DNA of 64,000 nucleotides from an uncultured delta proteobacterium (GTDB lineage Bacteria; Myxococcota; UBA727; VGSZ01): NCBI GenBank assembly GCA_963775425.1, contig CAVZJB010000003.1, positions 1 to 64,000 of the forward strand, read 5' to 3'. Shown piece by piece: positions 60,661 to 64,000 of this stretch (position 1 is its first letter; each line of letters starts with the position of its first letter). The notes under the pieces were generated by a model. It saw only the letters and a program-made list of their open reading frames with translations, ran no database searches and was not told where the DNA came from. The position numbers and the translations under genes were made by a program.

Positions 60661-60993
60661 ATGGACGCCCTCAACAGCTTCGCCGGCCTGGTGCTGATCG
60701 CCGCGCCGTGGATCCTTCGCTACAGCGACAACCGCCTCGCCATGTGGACGAGCGTGGTGCTCGGCGTGGTGATCCTCGTGGTCGCCGGCTACCGCGCGCT
60801 GGCGAAGGACGCGCACCGCTGGGAGGAGTGGACCGTCGCCATCGTCGGCGCCGTCGCCGTCATGATCCCCTTCGCGTTCGGCTACGCGGGCGTCGCGGTC
60901 TGGGCGAGCATCACGCTCGGCGCCGTGATCACGGCCGCGGCGCTCTACCAGCTCACCGTCACGTCGTCGCCGCGCCGTCGCCCCGCGCATTGA
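60661..60993 (+). CDS. SPW-repeat membrane protein
   Basis: AAPWIL, WEEW, IPFAFGY; AGGAGG SD. Confidence 0.8.
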   Translation: MDALNSFAGLVLIAAPWILRYSDNRLAMWTSVVLGVVILVVAGYRALAKDAHRWEEWTVAIVGAVAVMIPFAFGYAGVAVWASITLGAVITAAALYQLTVTSSPRRRPAH

Positions 60994-61053
60994 AGCCCGA
61001 CAGCGCGCGCGGACGTCGCGCGCCGGAGCCCGCGGCCACGGTATCCTGGGCCC

Positions 61054-62808
61054 GTGGGCACTCCCCTGCACGCAGTCCTCGGCCTCGCGGCGCCCGTCGC
61101 GCTCGCCCTGGCGCTCGGCGGCTGCCCCGCCGCGCCCGATCGCGGCTGCAACTCCGACGAGGACTGCCCGCGCAGCGCCTTCTGCTCGCTCGGGGAGTGC
61201 GTGCCCCTCGACGCCGCCGAGGGTGAAGGCGAGGGCGAGGGCGAGGGCGAGGGCGAGGGCGAGGGCGAGGGCGAGGGTGAGGGCGAAGGCGAAGGCGAAG
61301 GCGAAGGAGAGGGAGAGGGAGAGCCCTTCTGCGGCGACGGCACCGTCAATCCCGGCGAGCAGTGCGACGATCAAAACGGTGTGAGCGGCGACGGCTGCGA
61401 GCCCGACTGCACGTCTTCCTGCTACGAGGGCGCCGACGTCGACCGCGAGATCGCGGAGGCCGGCGGCGCCTGCGAGGTGGTGATCTCCCGGCGCCTGGCG
61501 TGGCTCGGCGCGCTCGCGGACTGCCGCGTCCGCGGCGGAAACCTCGCCACCGTGGACGACGACGCGGAGGGCGCGGCGCTCGCGACGTCGGCGGCCGCGG
61601 CCACCGGCGGCGAGGTGTGGATCGGCGTCAACGACCTCGTCGACGAGGGCGCGTTCGTGTGGAGCGACGGCGCGCCGCTCGGCTTCAACCGCTTCGGGCC
61701 CGGCCAGCCCGACGACTTCGACGGCGACGAGGACTGCGGCCAGCTCGGCGCGGAAGCCTCGTGGAACGACGCGACGTGCTCGCTCGAATTTCCGTTCGTC
61801 TGCGAGATCCGCCCCGTCGACACCTGCGGCGACGGCGTCGTCGACGACGGCGAGGGCTGCGACGACGGCAACCGCACCGACGGCGACGGCTGCGACGCGT
61901 CCTGTGCGCGCGAGGCCGGCTTCACTTGCGTCGGCCCCGTCTGCCGCCCCGACGGCGACGTCGTCCACGTCCCCGGCGGCGCCGACACCATCGACGATGC
62001 CGTCGTCGCGCGCCCGGGCGGCGCCATGATCATCCTCGGCGACGGCGTCACCGTGGCCGCGCCCAGCACCGATCTGCAGGCGAGCTTCGCCGTGGTGTCC
62101 GCCGGCGGGGCGGCGGTGGCGGCGAACGGGAAGGTCGCCTTCCACCAGCGGCAGGGGACGCTGACCCTCTTCAACGTCGTCGTCACCACGGACAGCGCGG
62201 ACTGCATCGCCCTGGACAACTCCGGCGGCCTCGAGGTCGTGGGCGCCTCCGTCGGGCCGTGCGGGAACTTCGCGCTGCGGTCGCACAGCACCGGGGCCGT
62301 CACGCTGCGGCGCTCGCGCTTCCACGACAGCGCCTCGGGCGGCATCCGGCTCGAGAGCAGCGTCGGCGTGGTCGACATCGAAGACGTCGTCGTCGACCAC
62401 AACGGCCTCGGCGGGTCGCCCCAGCCGGGCGTCGAATTCAAGGCGAGCCCGCCCGAGGGCTCCGTGTTCGCGCACAACACCGTCGCCGGCAACGCGTCCA
62501 CCGGCCCCGCGGCCGGCATCGACTGCAACGCGCCCGTGCGCGTCCTCGACACCATCGTGTTCGGCAACGAAGGCACCCCCGCCACCGCGCCCTGCGACTT
62601 CGTCGAGTCCGACGTAGAAGGCGGCGCGCTCGGCTTCGGCAACATCGACGCCGACCCGCTCTTCGTCGACGCCGCCGCCGGCGACTTCCACATCGGCGCG
62701 GGCTCGCCGTGCGTGGACGCCGCGCTCTTGTCGAACGAGGTGCGCGACGTCGACGGCGAGGCCCGCGGCGGCGTGCGTGACATCGGCGCCGACGAGCTCA
62801 GCCCTTGA
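61054..62808 (+). CDS. Lipoprotein: (GE)n linker, myxobacterial Cys-rich repeats, C-type lectin, beta-helix
   Basis: LGGC lipobox; CGDG..EQCDD.N..GDGC x2; WIGVND..F.WSDG..QPD..EDC..WND..C; DPLFVD..DFHI..SPCVD..DIGADE. Confidence 0.88.
   Translation: MGTPLHAVLGLAAPVALALALGGCPAAPDRGCNSDEDCPRSAFCSLGECVPLDAAEGEGEGEGEGEGEGEGEGEGEGEGEGEGEGEGEGEPFCGDGTVNPGEQCDDQNGVSGDGCEPDCTSSCYEGADVDREIAEAGGACEVVISRRLAWLGALADCRVRGGNLATVDDDAEGAALATSAAAATGGEVWIGVNDLVDEGAFVWSDGAPLGFNRFGPGQPDDFDGDEDCGQLGAEASWNDATCSLEFPFVCEIRPVDTCGDGVVDDGEGCDDGNRTDGDGCDASCAREAGFTCVGPVCRPDGDVVHVPGGADTIDDAVVARPGGAMIILGDGVTVAAPSTDLQASFAVVSAGGAAVAANGKVAFHQRQGTLTLFNVVVTTDSADCIALDNSGGLEVVGASVGPCGNFALRSHSTGAVTLRRSRFHDSASGGIRLESSVGVVDIEDVVVDHNGLGGSPQPGVEFKASPPEGSVFAHNTVAGNASTGPAAGIDCNAPVRVLDTIVFGNEGTPATAPCDFVESDVEGGALGFGNIDADPLFVDAAAGDFHIGAGSPCVDAALLSNEVRDVDGEARGGVRDIGADELSP
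61218..61323 (+). repeat. (Glu-Gly)n coding repeat
   Basis: GAGGGC hexamer array. Confidence 0.9.
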
Positions 62809-63676
62809 CGCTGCCCGCCGTGAGCCCCTCGACGAGGTGGCGCTGCAGGAAGAAGAACAACGCCATCACCGGTGTGCTGACGATGACGGCGCCGGCGGCG
62901 AAGTGTCCCCAGGCCGTGCTCTTTTGTCCCACGTAGCTCTGCAGCACCACCGGCAGCGTGTAGCTGGCGTCGGCGTTCATGAGCTTGGCGGCGAGGATGA
63001 ACTCGTTCCACGCCGTCATGAAGGAGAAGAGCGCGGTGATGGCGATGGCCGGGCGCGCGAGCGGCAGGATGATGGACAGGAAGATGCGCAGCGTTGACGC
63101 GCCGTCCATGCGCGCGGCCTCTTCGAGCTCCAGCGGGATGGTGTCGAAGTAGCCCTTCAACAGCCACGTCGAAAACGGGATGGAGGTGGTGGCGTACACG
63201 AGGATGAGGCCGAGCTGCGTGTCGAGGAGCGAGAGCTTGTCGAGGAGGATGTACAGCGGGATCATCATCATGGTCCCGGGGAACATCTGCGTGGCCAACA
63301 GCGCGCCCAGACCGAGCCGGCGCCCGGGGAACACGAAGCGCGACAGCGCGTAGGCGGCGCTGGTGGCGAGCAGCACGCCCATCACCGCGGACGCCGACGA
63401 CACCACCAGCGAGTTGTAGAGCTGGCGGCCGAACAACCAGTGACCGGCGAGGTCGTGGTGGCCGACGACGTCGACGAAGTTCTGCAGCGAGGGGTTCTTG
63501 GGCAGCGGCACCAGGCCGGTGGCGAACGCCTGCGACGGCGTGAGCGCCATGCTCACCACCCACATCACCGGGTAGAGCACCACCACCGTGACGACGACGA
63601 GCAGCGCGTGGCTCATCAGGCCCGTCACCGTGGACGAGCGCGCGCCGGCGAAGCCGGTCTCGTCGCGCGCGCTCAT
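62798..63676 (-). CDS. malG: Sugar ABC transporter permease (MalG-like)
   Basis: AAYALSRF.FPG, TQMFPG, KGYFDTIPLELEEAARMDGA, AWNEF. Confidence 0.9.
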   Translation of the reverse strand: MSARDETGFAGARSSTVTGLMSHALLVVVTVVVLYPVMWVVSMALTPSQAFATGLVPLPKNPSLQNFVDVVGHHDLAGHWLFGRQLYNSLVVSSASAVMGVLLATSAAYALSRFVFPGRRLGLGALLATQMFPGTMMMIPLYILLDKLSLLDTQLGLILVYATTSIPFSTWLLKGYFDTIPLELEEAARMDGASTLRIFLSIILPLARPAIAITALFSFMTAWNEFILAAKLMNADASYTLPVVLQSYVGQKSTAWGHFAAGAVIVSTPVMALFFFLQRHLVEGLTAGSVKG

Positions 63677-64000
63677 CGCGCCTCCGCCACGCGGCGCGCC
63701 ACGCGGTTGGCCGCGGTGGTGTAGGCGACGAGCAGGAGGAACACGAGCGTGGAGTAGGCGGCGGCGTAGCCGAAGGCGCCGCCCTGGCCGCGCTCGAAGG
63801 CCCAGCGGAACGCCTCGGTGATGAGGATGTCGGTGGTGTTGTTGGGGGCGCCGCCGGACACCAGGTAGATGACGTTGAACATGTTGAACGTCCACACGGT
63901 GCCGAGGACGATGGCGGGCGCGAGCGTGGGCATCAGGAGCGGCAGCGTGATGGAGAAGAAGCGTCGTACGGGTCCGGCGCCGTCGAGGGCGGCGGCCTCG
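63673..64000 (-). CDS. malF: Sugar ABC transporter permease (MalF-like), 3' end only
   Basis: EAAALDGA..FFSITLPLL, WTFNMFNVIYL..GG, TDILIT; runs off the window. Confidence 0.85.
   Translation of the reverse strand, partial: EAAALDGAGPVRRFFSITLPLLMPTLAPAIVLGTVWTFNMFNVIYLVSGGAPNNTTDILITEAFRWAFERGQGGAFGYAAAYSTLVFLLLVAYTTAANRVARRVAEAR

Overview
Very GC-rich bacterial DNA, most likely Myxococcota (MYXO-CTERM-like tail, AgmX/PglI-like domain, myxobacterial Cys-rich repeats, bacillithiol genes). Bases 1-2290 are the edge of a decayed integrative element: an IS66 (tnpA/B/C) inserted into a tyrosine integrase, next to a degenerate tRNA 3'-end (att-like) sequence. The ~32 kb from 2342 to 34620 is the unusual part. 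It holds (i) large enzymes or enzyme fusions with no Sec signal peptide but a disordered S/T/P/K/A-rich N-terminal leader: a methyltransferase-BshB-BshC fusion plus BshA, an M14 peptidase, a tandem PPDK without the ATP-grasp domain fused to an acyltransferase, a triple esterase, and a repeat/AAA-like giant; and (ii) a locally expanded family of uncharacterised beta-rich proteins sharing a W-x-V-x-F-x-N...LR(V/L)G(V/L)RG...LP module. The rest (34.7-64 kb) is mostly ordinary myxobacterial genes (ABC transporters, P-type ATPase, ArsR/SRPBCC, lipoproteins, PduO, sirtuin), with a few pseudogenes and several homopolymer frameshifts that are probably sequencing errors. Many genes appear to be leaderless (TANNNT box 6-8 nt before the start codon). 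All family calls come from motif recognition by eye; no database search was run.
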